A stretch of 42,769 nucleotides of DNA from IMG/VR virus record IMGVR_UViG_3300005805_000004, positions 1 to 42,769 of that record; one strand, given 5' to 3'. The notes beneath the pieces were generated by a model. That model had not been told where the DNA came from. It saw only the letters and a program-made list of their open reading frames with translations, and ran no database searches. How positions within the stretch are numbered: position 1 is the first letter of the stretch; each line of letters begins with the position of its first letter. Positions 16,120-24,178 of the stretch are shown piece after piece. This stretch comes from a virus (Duplodnaviria; Caudoviricetes). A program made the translations under genes and the position numbers.

Positions 16120-16148
16120 AGATTAGCCAGCGCTAGCCGAGGTGGCAA
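16120..16148 (-). promoter_or_regulatory. Sigma70 promoter with operator for the replication operon
   Basis: TTGCCA-17 nt-TAATCT; TTAG-CCAGCG-CTAG at 16123-16136. Confidence 0.7.
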
Positions 16149-16212
16149 TGCGCATTTGCGCTAGTGCGTTAGTCCCTTGCGACACGCTGCAGGACTGCTG
16201 CATCTGCGCATG

Positions 16213-16233
16213 AAAAAGGCCCCTCGCGGGGCC
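16213..16233 (-). terminator. Rho-independent terminator of the RHH gene
   Basis: GGCCCC-GCGA-GGGGCC-TTTTT. Confidence 0.8.
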
Positions 16234-16239
16234 GTGTGG

Positions 16240-16443
16240 TCAGCCTTGGCTGGGCCATCGTTTCTTGATCGGTGGACCGCTATCAGGTTCTGTCAGCGCT
16301 CGCTCCAGCAAGTAGGCCGCAAGGTTGCTGATAGATCGCCCTTGGTCGGTGCTCTGCTGAATCAGGTTTTCAGCCACGTAATGCGAGACCGTGATGGTCA
16401 AACGCTGAGGGCGGCGAGAGAGATAAGAGGGATTTGCGGTCAT
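16240..16443 (-). CDS. Arc/CopG-like ribbon-helix-helix regulator
   Basis: RPQRLTITVS...GRSISNLAAYLLE, a picocyanobacterial RHH type. Confidence 0.75.
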   Translation of the reverse strand: MTANPSYLSRRPQRLTITVSHYVAENLIQQSTDQGRSISNLAAYLLERALTEPDSGPPIKKRWPSQG

Positions 16444-16489
16444 GATCGGAATTGGATCACCAGCCAGAGAAGGGGCTGGTGAGATCAAA

Positions 16490-16506
16490 AGACTAGGCTT
16501 CGCTAG
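16490..16506 (-). promoter_or_regulatory. CTAG-N6-CTAG operator overlapping a -10-like TAGTCT
   Basis: CTAG-GCTTCG-CTAG at 16493-16506. Confidence 0.55.
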
Positions 16507-16539
16507 CGGGAATTAGTTGATGTGCTGCAGATGCGCATC

Positions 16540-16788
16540 TCAGCCAACCAAGTCCTGCGCGTCCTCTAAAGCGGCAAACGCCTGATCCAGATGCCAGCGG
16601 AAGCGGCTCAAAGGACCATCAAGCACCGCAGGTAGGTCATAGAAGCTCTTGGCGTCTTGCAGGCACATGCAGGACTCCTTGATGCCGGCTCCGAGGTTTT
16701 CATGGGCTTGGCCGTCGCTGCCGAGCAGCTGCAGCAGAGTGCTGCGCGTGATCGGCTGAGCGGTCAGGTCTGAGATCGCAGTGGTCAT
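16540..16788 (-). CDS. Small hypothetical protein divergent from the integrase
   Basis: 82 aa from ATG 16788 (MTTAISDL...). Confidence 0.6.
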   Translation of the reverse strand: MTTAISDLTAQPITRSTLLQLLGSDGQAHENLGAGIKESCMCLQDAKSFYDLPAVLDGPLSRFRWHLDQAFAALEDAQDLVG

Positions 16789-16800
16789 GCTGCTTTTTGG

Positions 16801-16850
16801 CTGTGGTTTCAGGCCAAGCAGCTCTGGCGCTGCTAAGTCTGTAACCACAG
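16801..16850. other. Putative attP of the serine integrase
   Basis: 50-bp imperfect inverted repeat (18/22 arm matches) centred on TG at 16825-16826, 23 nt upstream of the integrase. Confidence 0.7.
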
Positions 16851-16873
16851 ACTAGCCTGGAGCGAATTAAATC

Positions 16874-18295
16874 ATGACGACGGCGATCTACGCCCGCGTC
16901 AGCACCGAAAGCGAGGATCAGGCCCATGCCCTAGAGCAGCAGCTCAGCCGTCTGCGCGAGCACGCTGCTCAGCTCGGCGAGCCGGTGGTTGAGTTTGTGG
17001 ACGTGGCTTCTGGCACCCGCGACGACCGACCGGAGCTAAAGCGCTTGCTGGAGTGTTGCGGCCAAGGGCTGCTCAACACGGTGCTCTGCACCCGCATGGA
17101 TCGCATGAGCCGTTCCACGGTGCATGGCGGGAAGCTGCTGCGTCTGTTCAACCAAGACAGCTGGCCAAACCTGATCTGCCTCGATCAGTCGATTGATCTA
17201 TCCACAGCGATGGGGCGCTTCTACGCCAACTTGCTGATGGGCATGGCGCAGATGGAATCGGAGCTGATCGGTGAGCGGGTGCATCACGGGCAGGTTTATG
17301 CCCGCAAGCAGCTGAAGCCTCAAGCGGGCAAACCACCATTTGGCTACCGCTACACCGAGGGCAAGCTCAACTACGAACTGGACCCCGAGACGGCGCCGTT
17401 GGCGCGGCAGATCGTGGAGCACTTCTTGGCCAGCGGCAGCCTGCGCGATACCTTCGACTATCAGTACAAGGAATGCGGGCAGGCATTTCGCAGCTTGGAG
17501 GGCCTGCGGCGTTGGCTACTGAATCCAGCGATTGCCGGCAGCCGCGTGTATGGCACCTTTCGCTGGAAGCTAGATGCCGATGGCAACAAAAGCCGGCTGC
17601 TGAACAAACCAGGCGAGGTGGAGGAGATTCACCCGCACGCCCATGAAGAGCTGGTGAGCCACGAAGAGCAGGTGGAGATCCAGCAGGTGATGCAGTCCCT
17701 GCGGGTCCGCTCCACAACACCGATTCGCAAGCGTCGCAGCCGAGTGCTGACCGGATTGGTGTTTTGCGGCCATTGCGGCGGGTTGATGCATTACCACCAA
17801 CCGCGCCAGCTAGGGCCGATCTATTTGCGCTGCACCCATGAGGTGTGCCCAGTGCGTCCGCACAAAGGGATCAAGGAAGAGACCGTGCTGGAGGCAGTGC
17901 TGCAGCGGTTGTGGGAGAAGCGGGAACTGCTGGCTTACGGCAGCGTGGTGGATGAACTGCGGCTCAAGCAGCGGCTCAGCCCGGAAATCAAACAGCTGCA
18001 GGGTCAGATCAGTGATCTGCGGTTACTGGAGGATGCGGATCTTGCGGAAGTGATTGAGCGCAAGGAGCAGCGCTTGAGCACGCTGCTGCAGGACTGCGTG
18101 AGTGATGGCGGCAGCCGCTTCACGCTGAGCGATGCCTTGGAGGCACTGGATCAACCGCAGGTGTGGGCGGAGATGACCAAGACACCGGAGCAGACGCGGC
18201 GGCTGCTGTCGCAGTGGGTGGATCGGGTCGTCGTGAGTGATGGAGCAGTGCAGGATGTGCGGCTAAGGGCCGGCGAGGCGGCTGCTCATCCCTAG
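16874..18295 (+). CDS. Large serine recombinase (integrase)
   Basis: YARVST catalytic motif, RMDRMSR, PPFGY recombinase domain, LTGLVFCGHCG zinc ribbon, coiled coil. Confidence 0.95.
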   Translation: MTTAIYARVSTESEDQAHALEQQLSRLREHAAQLGEPVVEFVDVASGTRDDRPELKRLLECCGQGLLNTVLCTRMDRMSRSTVHGGKLLRLFNQDSWPNLICLDQSIDLSTAMGRFYANLLMGMAQMESELIGERVHHGQVYARKQLKPQAGKPPFGYRYTEGKLNYELDPETAPLARQIVEHFLASGSLRDTFDYQYKECGQAFRSLEGLRRWLLNPAIAGSRVYGTFRWKLDADGNKSRLLNKPGEVEEIHPHAHEELVSHEEQVEIQQVMQSLRVRSTTPIRKRRSRVLTGLVFCGHCGGLMHYHQPRQLGPIYLRCTHEVCPVRPHKGIKEETVLEAVLQRLWEKRELLAYGSVVDELRLKQRLSPEIKQLQGQISDLRLLEDADLAEVIERKEQRLSTLLQDCVSDGGSRFTLSDALEALDQPQVWAEMTKTPEQTRRLLSQWVDRVVVSDGAVQDVRLRAGEAAAHP

Positions 18296-18326
18296 GGTTA
18301 GGCTAGCCCCTAGCGAAGGGCTGCTC

Positions 18327-18995
18327 TTGGATCACGACCGCTACAACCACCCGCCACTAGCGGCTCGTCAACGCTTTGGTCGCACCCTCACGGCTTGGTG
18401 CAATCGCAATGGTTGGATTCACAGCACTTTTCATGAGTGGGGTGAACAGGCTGGTTTTCCTGCGGTGAGGGATTCCAGCTTCAACAAACTGCAAAACGCC
18501 AAGACCGAGCAGCCGCAGCCGCTCACCTTTATTCAGCTGGCACTGGCCAATGCACGGGTGGCGGACGGCGACTACAGCGGTGTCAGCGACCGGCGCCTGA
18601 AGGATCGGCTCAAGGACTCGCAGCCAATCACCGATGCCAAGGGCACGCCGTGGCGAGCGACGGAGTTCTTCTCGCACTTCATTGGCGAGCTTGAAGCACC
18701 GGACTGGCTGCAGCAACCTGAACCGTTATCGGAGGAGGCGGCGAAGGCGCTGAGCGCTGAACACCAAGCGCGGTTCCAAGCGATTGCCAAGGCCAAAGCG
18801 CTGACGCCAGCGGTGGCATGGAAGCAGCTGGAGCAGCACTGCCAGAGCTTGAGCAACGCCCAGCGCGACCTGCTGCGCAATGTCTTGAGCGGTTGGCATC
18901 AATGGACGCCGAGCGAGTGGGAGGCGATCACGAGCAACGGCTCGGATCCAATAGGCGATGCACTAGCGAAGATGGGACAGGCCCTTGACCACTAG
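18327..18995 (+). CDS. Putative XRE-like HTH repressor
   Basis: FGRTLTAW...SSFNKLQNAKTEQP resembles an XRE HTH; next to the integrase; CTAG cluster at 18292-18313 upstream. Confidence 0.5.
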   Translation: MDHDRYNHPPLAARQRFGRTLTAWCNRNGWIHSTFHEWGEQAGFPAVRDSSFNKLQNAKTEQPQPLTFIQLALANARVADGDYSGVSDRRLKDRLKDSQPITDAKGTPWRATEFFSHFIGELEAPDWLQQPEPLSEEAAKALSAEHQARFQAIAKAKALTPAVAWKQLEQHCQSLSNAQRDLLRNVLSGWHQWTPSEWEAITSNGSDPIGDALAKMGQALDH

Positions 18996-19013
18996 GGTTG
19001 GCTAGCCTAGTGT
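18985..19013 (+). promoter_or_regulatory. Early sigma70 promoter with CTAG-N6-CTAG operator
   Basis: TTGACC-ACTAGGGTTGGCTAGCC(17)-TAGTGT; 25/29 identical to the promoter at 11783-11811. Confidence 0.8.
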
Positions 19014-19056
19014 GGAGGAGTGCTGCAGCGACGCGGCACCCGATACCCCCGCATCC

Positions 19057-19740
19057 ATGACCGACTTCCCGCAACTTGGTGGGGTCATCTCTCCTGATGA
19101 CATCTCCACCAAGGGCAGCGGCTCCTATGCCGCTGACTATGTGAATTGGGCGAAGATCGCCCACCTGCTCCATGTTCATGCCCCTGGCTGGCAGTTCACG
19201 CTGAGCGCTGCTCCTGATGGTGGCCATGTGTGGAAGGCGCCCGATGGCTCCGGCTATGTCGTTGGCTATTTCGCCAATGGCGAGCAGGTGACGCCTGACT
19301 TCCCGCAGGCCTGCATGGACAACCGCAACAACCCGATCCCCTTCGAGCGGATCACGGCGCGGACCCTGACCGACACGCACCGCCGCTGCCTTTGCACGGC
19401 CGCAGCCTTTGCCTTTGGCCTTGGCTATGAGCTCTGGGCGCGGGTCGAGGTGGAGAACCCGATGCGCGAGGAAGCGGCATCGACTGCACCGGCAACGGCT
19501 AGCGCTAGCAAGCCACCGGCCAAGCGGGCCAGTTCTCCCAACCCAGAGAAGCTCAGCGCTGCTGAGGTGCAGGAGTTGGTGCAGGCCGTGCTCAAGGTGA
19601 GCGAGGAGCGCCGCGCTCAGATCGTGCTGGCGTTTCAAGAGCGTTTCAGCCTGCCACCTGACAAGAAGGCTGCCGACTACATCAAGACCGCTGCGCACCG
19701 CGACTTCCTGATGGAGCAACTTCATGCAGCAGTCGCCTGA
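19057..19740 (+). CDS. ssDNA-annealing protein (DUF1071/Sak3-like)
   Basis: YVNWA...MDNRNNPI...RRCL...FGLGYELW. Confidence 0.75.
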   Translation: MTDFPQLGGVISPDDISTKGSGSYAADYVNWAKIAHLLHVHAPGWQFTLSAAPDGGHVWKAPDGSGYVVGYFANGEQVTPDFPQACMDNRNNPIPFERITARTLTDTHRRCLCTAAAFAFGLGYELWARVEVENPMREEAASTAPATASASKPPAKRASSPNPEKLSAAEVQELVQAVLKVSEERRAQIVLAFQERFSLPPDKKAADYIKTAAHRDFLMEQLHAAVA

Positions 19741-20183
19741 TGAGCACATCCGACTTGCTCACGCGCATGTATGCAATGCCATCCAAGGAGTTGAAGCGAC
19801 AGCAGCAGATGCTTATGCAGAAGCTGCATACAACGCACGGATCACCAACTACGGAAGCCACTGCGCCAAGCGTGCATTGCTTCAACGGATCCGATCAGAC
19901 CTACAACTCCTGCAGCGATCCGTATCTGCAGCGGGTGTTTTGGCTACTGAAGAACAGTAAAGGCTTTTACTTTGCTGAATTATGCGCAGGCCGCATGGTG
20001 TGGGTGGAATCTGCCAATGCGGTGCCGGAACGATTTCGTCTTATCACCTACAACCGTATGAAGACGATTTGGCTTCAACTTAGAGACTTGGCACTGGTGC
20101 AGGATGAATTGCTAACAATTTCACCTGTCACCTTTTACGCCCATTGCTCTACACCAACCACTTGGTGCGCCCTTGATGACTAG
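19740..20183 (+). CDS. Hypothetical protein
   Basis: 147 aa, TGATG-coupled. Confidence 0.5.
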   Translation: MSTSDLLTRMYAMPSKELKRQQQMLMQKLHTTHGSPTTEATAPSVHCFNGSDQTYNSCSDPYLQRVFWLLKNSKGFYFAELCAGRMVWVESANAVPERFRLITYNRMKTIWLQLRDLALVQDELLTISPVTFYAHCSTPTTWCALDD

Positions 20184-20376
20184 CGCTAGTGAACGCGAAC
20201 AGGCGCCCCTTAGGCGGCGCTATGCACGTAGCACAAAAAGCGTGGCCGTCTGCGCCCACCTCTGGCCGGACGTGATGAAGCTGATCCGCAAGCACGCGGA
20301 TGAGCATCAACTCACCCCCAGCGGTGCAGTGCATGACGCGCTGCGCCGTTACTTCAAACTTCCAACCATCAACTGA
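20173..20376 (+). CDS. RHH-like small DNA-binding protein
   Basis: VAVCAHLWPDVMKLIRKHADEHQLTPSGAVHDALRRYF. Confidence 0.6.
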   Translation: MMTSASEREQAPLRRRYARSTKSVAVCAHLWPDVMKLIRKHADEHQLTPSGAVHDALRRYFKLPTIN

Positions 20377-20379
20377 TTC

Positions 20380-20667
20380 ATGGCTGACTTTGCTCCTGAT
20401 GCCTTCACTCTTTGGTTCAACTGCAACCAAGACAAAAAAACTGAAGGCGCTTACTGGGCATCCTCGGATGTACCGGTGCAAGAGATTGAGAAGCTCTATA
20501 ACTGGGCACTGACTCAGAACCCAGTATCGAACGACAAAGGCGAGCCCTGCGTGCAGATCCGCGCCAACCTTCGCCCCAAGGTCAGCAAGGCCGGTAATGA
20601 GTATCTGCTGCTGGCCGTGAGCGATCAAAAGCCCAAAGCTGAGTCAATCAATTCGATGCCGTTCTGA
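20380..20667 (+). CDS. Putative single-stranded DNA-binding protein
   Basis: Beta-rich 95 aa ending in PF; same operon as the annealase. Confidence 0.5.
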   Translation: MADFAPDAFTLWFNCNQDKKTEGAYWASSDVPVQEIEKLYNWALTQNPVSNDKGEPCVQIRANLRPKVSKAGNEYLLLAVSDQKPKAESINSMPF

Positions 20668-20831
20668 TGAACCCCGACTGCAACCCGATTGAGCAGCAGG
20701 CACGGCAAAACCGTCTCGAAGCTGCCTACGAAGCCAGCGGCCGTGCTGATCTTCCTGACGGCGATCCCCTTAAGTCCACCTACACAGGTCTCCTCACTCA
20801 AACCAATGACGACAACAGCACCAACGCTTGA
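20667..20831 (+). CDS. Small hypothetical protein, 54 aa
   Basis: Hand translation MNPDCNPIEQQARQNRLEAAYEASGRADLPDGDPLKSTYTGLL...; TGATG-coupled. Confidence 0.65.
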   Translation: MNPDCNPIEQQARQNRLEAAYEASGRADLPDGDPLKSTYTGLLTQTNDDNSTNA

Positions 20832-20961
20832 AGACCTGCTGGCCGAGTGGTGGCGCGATAGCTACCCGCACGCCGCACCAATTAACAACCAAACCGCAAG
20901 CTTGATCGTGGCGTTTGCCGCTTGGGTTATGGCACGCAAAGCACGCGGAGAGGAACTGTGA
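20806..20961 (+). CDS. Small hypothetical protein, 51 aa
   Basis: MTTTAPTLEDLLAEWWRDSYP...; GTGA overlap with dcd. Confidence 0.6.
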   Translation: MTTTAPTLEDLLAEWWRDSYPHAAPINNQTASLIVAFAAWVMARKARGEEL

Positions 20962-21539
20962 TCAAAGCAGACCACTGGATTCGTGTCCGCGCTCAGGCCG
21001 GCATGATCGAACCGTTTGAACCCAACTTGGTGCGCAAGCTCGGTACGAACAAAGTGCTGAGTTACGGCTGCAGCTCTTACGGCTACGACATTCGCTTAAG
21101 CCCTGCGGATTTCCGTGTGTTCCAGCATGTTCCTGGCACCATCATGGATCCAAAAGCGTTCAACCCAGACAACCTGCGAAATGTTGATCTGCATGGCGAT
21201 GAACGCGGCCGCTACTTCGTTCTGCCAGCTCACAGCTATGGCCTTGGCGTAGCGTTGGAAAAGATCAGCGTCCCACCGAACGTCACGGTGATCTGTCTTG
21301 GCAAATCAACCTATGCCCGAATGGGTGTAATTGCCAACATGACACCCGCAGAAGCCGGTTGGCGCGGTCACCTCACTCTTGAGTTCAGCAACAGCTCCGG
21401 CGCAGACTGCAAGCTTTATGCCAATGAAGGCATCTGTCAGCTGCTGTTCTTTGAAGGTGACCCCTGCTCGGTAAGTTACGAAGACCGCTCTGGTAAGTAC
21501 CAGGATCAAGACCATCAAGTAACACTTGCTACGGTCTAG
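20958..21539 (+). CDS. dcd: dCTP deaminase
   Basis: SYGCSSYGYDIRL, GKSTYARMG, TPAEAGWRGHLTLE, YANEGICQ. Confidence 0.93.
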   Translation: MIKADHWIRVRAQAGMIEPFEPNLVRKLGTNKVLSYGCSSYGYDIRLSPADFRVFQHVPGTIMDPKAFNPDNLRNVDLHGDERGRYFVLPAHSYGLGVALEKISVPPNVTVICLGKSTYARMGVIANMTPAEAGWRGHLTLEFSNSSGADCKLYANEGICQLLFFEGDPCSVSYEDRSGKYQDQDHQVTLATV

Positions 21540-21596
21540 CTCATAACGAGCACGTTCATCATCTACACCTAAGGCACTCTTCTCCCTGCCACTTTC

Positions 21597-22511
21597 ATGG
21601 GCCTACAAGGCACGTCTGTCGATTGGATTATCAAGCAATCCCATCGCTATCCGCTTCTGACTCCTGATGAGGAAATCACGCTTGCACGTCATGTGCAGGC
21701 ATGGATGGCACTCAAGGATGTCAAACGACCTGGCACTCGCCAAAAGGCAATCATCGCTAGAGGCATGCGTGCTAGGGAACGCTTCTTTTTGTCAAACATC
21801 CGTCTGGCCGTCAACATTGCTGGCAGATACCACAAGTTTGGCGGCACCTTGACCTTGGAAGACCTTATTCAAGAAGGTCTGATTGGCCTTGATTTTGCCA
21901 TCAAAAAGTTTGATCCAGCATTGGGCTACAAGTTTTCAACTTACTGCTACTGGTGGATTAGGCAAGGCATCACTAGGTCAATCAACAAGTATAGCCGCAT
22001 CATTCACTTACCGATGCAGGCAAATGACTCTATTCGCAAGGCAATGGATTACATGCAGGAGCATATGCGCAAAAACGGTAAACTTCCACCACTAGAGGAA
22101 GTGGCCAGTTATTGCAATATCGCTAAGCAGACCTTGATCAACTACCTCAACCACAATGCCAACATCACAAGCCTTGACCAGCGCATGAGCAGCAACGAAA
22201 ACCACAACGAATTTATTGAGCTTGTTGCCGATCCTAATTCCACTAACGATCAGTCGGGGGACATCCATCAGTTCACTGGTGTATTACAGGAAGCCATCAA
22301 CGAACTAAGCCCTACTTATCAAGCAATTATCAAGGAGCGGTATTTCACTGACCGTCCACAACCAAAAGCTTTTATTGAAATTGGGCGTGAACTCAAGGCC
22401 AGTCGTCAGGCGACGCAACAAATGCACGACAGGGCAATGAGATCATTACGACTCAGACTTGGTGGCCTGCAAGGGCAAGAATGCATTCAAGCTCTGCGAT
22501 CCGTTGCGTAG
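21597..22511 (+). CDS. RpoD/group-2-like RNA polymerase sigma factor
   Basis: PLLTPDEEITLA (region 1.2), DLIQEGLIGL..AIKKFDPALGYKFSTYCYWWIRQGITR (region 2), region 4 EIGRELKASRQ. Confidence 0.93.
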   Translation: MGLQGTSVDWIIKQSHRYPLLTPDEEITLARHVQAWMALKDVKRPGTRQKAIIARGMRARERFFLSNIRLAVNIAGRYHKFGGTLTLEDLIQEGLIGLDFAIKKFDPALGYKFSTYCYWWIRQGITRSINKYSRIIHLPMQANDSIRKAMDYMQEHMRKNGKLPPLEEVASYCNIAKQTLINYLNHNANITSLDQRMSSNENHNEFIELVADPNSTNDQSGDIHQFTGVLQEAINELSPTYQAIIKERYFTDRPQPKAFIEIGRELKASRQATQQMHDRAMRSLRLRLGGLQGQECIQALRSVA

Positions 22512-22674
22512 CACCACGGATAATCAGATCTTGATGCAAACTAAGCTGACAGAGGCTAAACAGCATCTGTTTGGCTTGTTCTAGATCGTAGTTGTCAACA
22601 GCTCTGCGCTGCTGCTCCAGTGTCAAAAGGTGCTCAGGTCCAGGCTTGGGCACCATCCATTCTCCCCAAGCCAT
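22453..22674 (-). CDS. Hypothetical protein
   Basis: 73 aa; GGAATACTTA motif upstream; 3' end overlaps the sigma gene by 59 nt. Confidence 0.6.
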   Translation of the reverse strand: MAWGEWMVPKPGPEHLLTLEQQRRAVDNYDLEQAKQMLFSLCQLSLHQDLIIRGATQRIAELECILALAGHQV

Positions 22675-22708
22675 TACGGGAACCTAGGAGGTTGTGATAA
22701 GTATTCCA

Positions 22709-22873
22709 GTGAGTGAACCTGTGATCAATCAGGTCACCACTAAAGATGGCATCAAATGGCGGGTCTGCGGCCTTGGTTACTGCGTTGAGCATCGACAACG
22801 CTGGCAGGCTGAAGTGATGTTCGAGTGTATGATGGCAGCAAAAGGATTGCAGAATAAAAGGCAGGAAAACTAA
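22709..22873 (+). CDS. Small hypothetical protein, 54 aa
   Basis: Hand translation MSEPVINQVTTKDGIKWRVCGLGYCVEHRQRWQAEVMFECMM...; late motif at 22678 and terminator downstream. Confidence 0.65.
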   Translation: MSEPVINQVTTKDGIKWRVCGLGYCVEHRQRWQAEVMFECMMAAKGLQNKRQEN

Positions 22874-22890
22874 TAGGGAAGGTTCAAACG

Positions 22891-22920
22891 AGTCTCCTGT
22901 GAATGGCGGGGGACTTTTTT
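22891..22920 (+). terminator. Rho-independent terminator
   Basis: AGTCTCCTG/CGGGGGACT stem (with G-U pairs) followed by T run. Confidence 0.65.
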
Positions 22921-23104
22921 ATGCCGCTTCAAGAGGCTCTGGATCATCAAGCTCACGGCTGAGCCAGAGGCGGGTTTGCTCCTCGTGATAGCTGAGGTAG
23001 GTGATGCCGTTGGCCATGGCCATCCACACCACCACGCCAGTGTCACGACGGTGGACCTTCCACAGCCCAGGTTGAATGCGCTGGCTGATGTTCACGTTCC
23101 TCAT
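22919..23104 (-). CDS. Hypothetical protein
   Basis: 61 aa directly after the endolysin. Confidence 0.55.
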   Translation of the reverse strand: MRNVNISQRIQPGLWKVHRRDTGVVVWMAMANGITYLSYHEEQTRLWLSRELDDPEPLEAA

Positions 23105-23107
23105 GGG

Positions 23108-24175
23108 TCAGTAGTCCCAGCGGCGGCGTTGACCATCGGCGCGGCGGCCAAGATGCACAAAACCCTTCGGAGCGCCGTAGCCCACCGAAAAGGGCCAATG
23201 CTTGTCGCAGTAGGCCTGCACCTGCAGGATCGGCACCCCTTCAACGTAGAAATCAACAGCGCCTTCGTTGGGACGGCTGTATAGGTGTTCAGAGCTCTTG
23301 GCACCACCGACTGCATCGTTGACAGATTTTGGGCGGTAGCCGCTGGTGATGATCAGCGGCAGGCCCTTGAACTCACGCCGCACTTTCTCCATGAAATTGG
23401 CAAGCGCAGTGGCCGTCTCAATCTGATGCTGTTGGGTGAAACGCCGCTCTGGCTTATCCAGCGCAAACTCGCCGAGGCGAATGTTGGGTGTGACCTTGAC
23501 GCTGAACGACGATTGCGGCGTAAGGCGTGGGCTGCTTTGCTGAGCGGCTGGCTGAAGCCGCTGATCACCGCAGAAGAGAGCAACCTCCGCAGCACGCCGG
23601 CGTTCTAAACCAGCCAGCACAGCCTCACCTGCATGCACCCAGCGAGGCAGTTCTTCACGTACTACCTTGCAAGGTTCCTCGCCAGCAAGTAAACGCTTGC
23701 GCAGCGTTGACTCTTCTAAAGCGCCAAGACCGAGGTTGTAAGAAAAGCTGATAATGGCAGCAACCTGATTTGGTTCCCACTTTTTGGCTATTGGCAGCAA
23801 GTTGAGCACACCAGGGCCAAAAAAGTTCTCAACCTCATTTTGCAGAAGCTCATCTGCCAAGGCTTGGCTAATCTTGTCGCTCATCCGCACCGGTGCATCT
23901 ATCAGACGCGTGGTGCCCCAGCCAATGGTTGGCACACCTGCAGGGCAGCGATACGCCTCTAGGTGACAGCCTTCAAACTCGCGGATGATCTTTAGTGCTG
24001 GTGTGAGCCAAGTTGGCGGCAGTGGCTGCTTAGCCAGCGGATCAGCGCGATACATCTCAGCAAATTGCTTGAGTGTTTCAGCTGTCAGATGCTCCTGCAG
24101 CCAGTCCCAAGCTGCAAGTTGATGAGGCAGGCTCTTGTGATGCTTAGCCGCATCGCGCAGATGGATTGTGCTCAT
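23108..24175 (-). CDS. Endolysin: GH24 lysozyme plus C-terminal M15 peptidase
   Basis: IREFEG...YRCPAGVPTIGWG...GLERRRAAE; ITSGYR..VN..VGG...SEH...AVD...FVH. Confidence 0.92.
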   Translation of the reverse strand: MSTIHLRDAAKHHKSLPHQLAAWDWLQEHLTAETLKQFAEMYRADPLAKQPLPPTWLTPALKIIREFEGCHLEAYRCPAGVPTIGWGTTRLIDAPVRMSDKISQALADELLQNEVENFFGPGVLNLLPIAKKWEPNQVAAIISFSYNLGLGALEESTLRKRLLAGEEPCKVVREELPRWVHAGEAVLAGLERRRAAEVALFCGDQRLQPAAQQSSPRLTPQSSFSVKVTPNIRLGEFALDKPERRFTQQHQIETATALANFMEKVRREFKGLPLIITSGYRPKSVNDAVGGAKSSEHLYSRPNEGAVDFYVEGVPILQVQAYCDKHWPFSVGYGAPKGFVHLGRRADGQRRRWDY

Positions 24176-24178
24176 GGA

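Noticed and set aside
18928-19749. 273-aa minus-strand ORF and other long antisense ORFs (e.g. 6777..7361, 5317..5790)
   Set aside because: Antisense to well-supported genes in GC-rich DNA, with no motifs or expression signals
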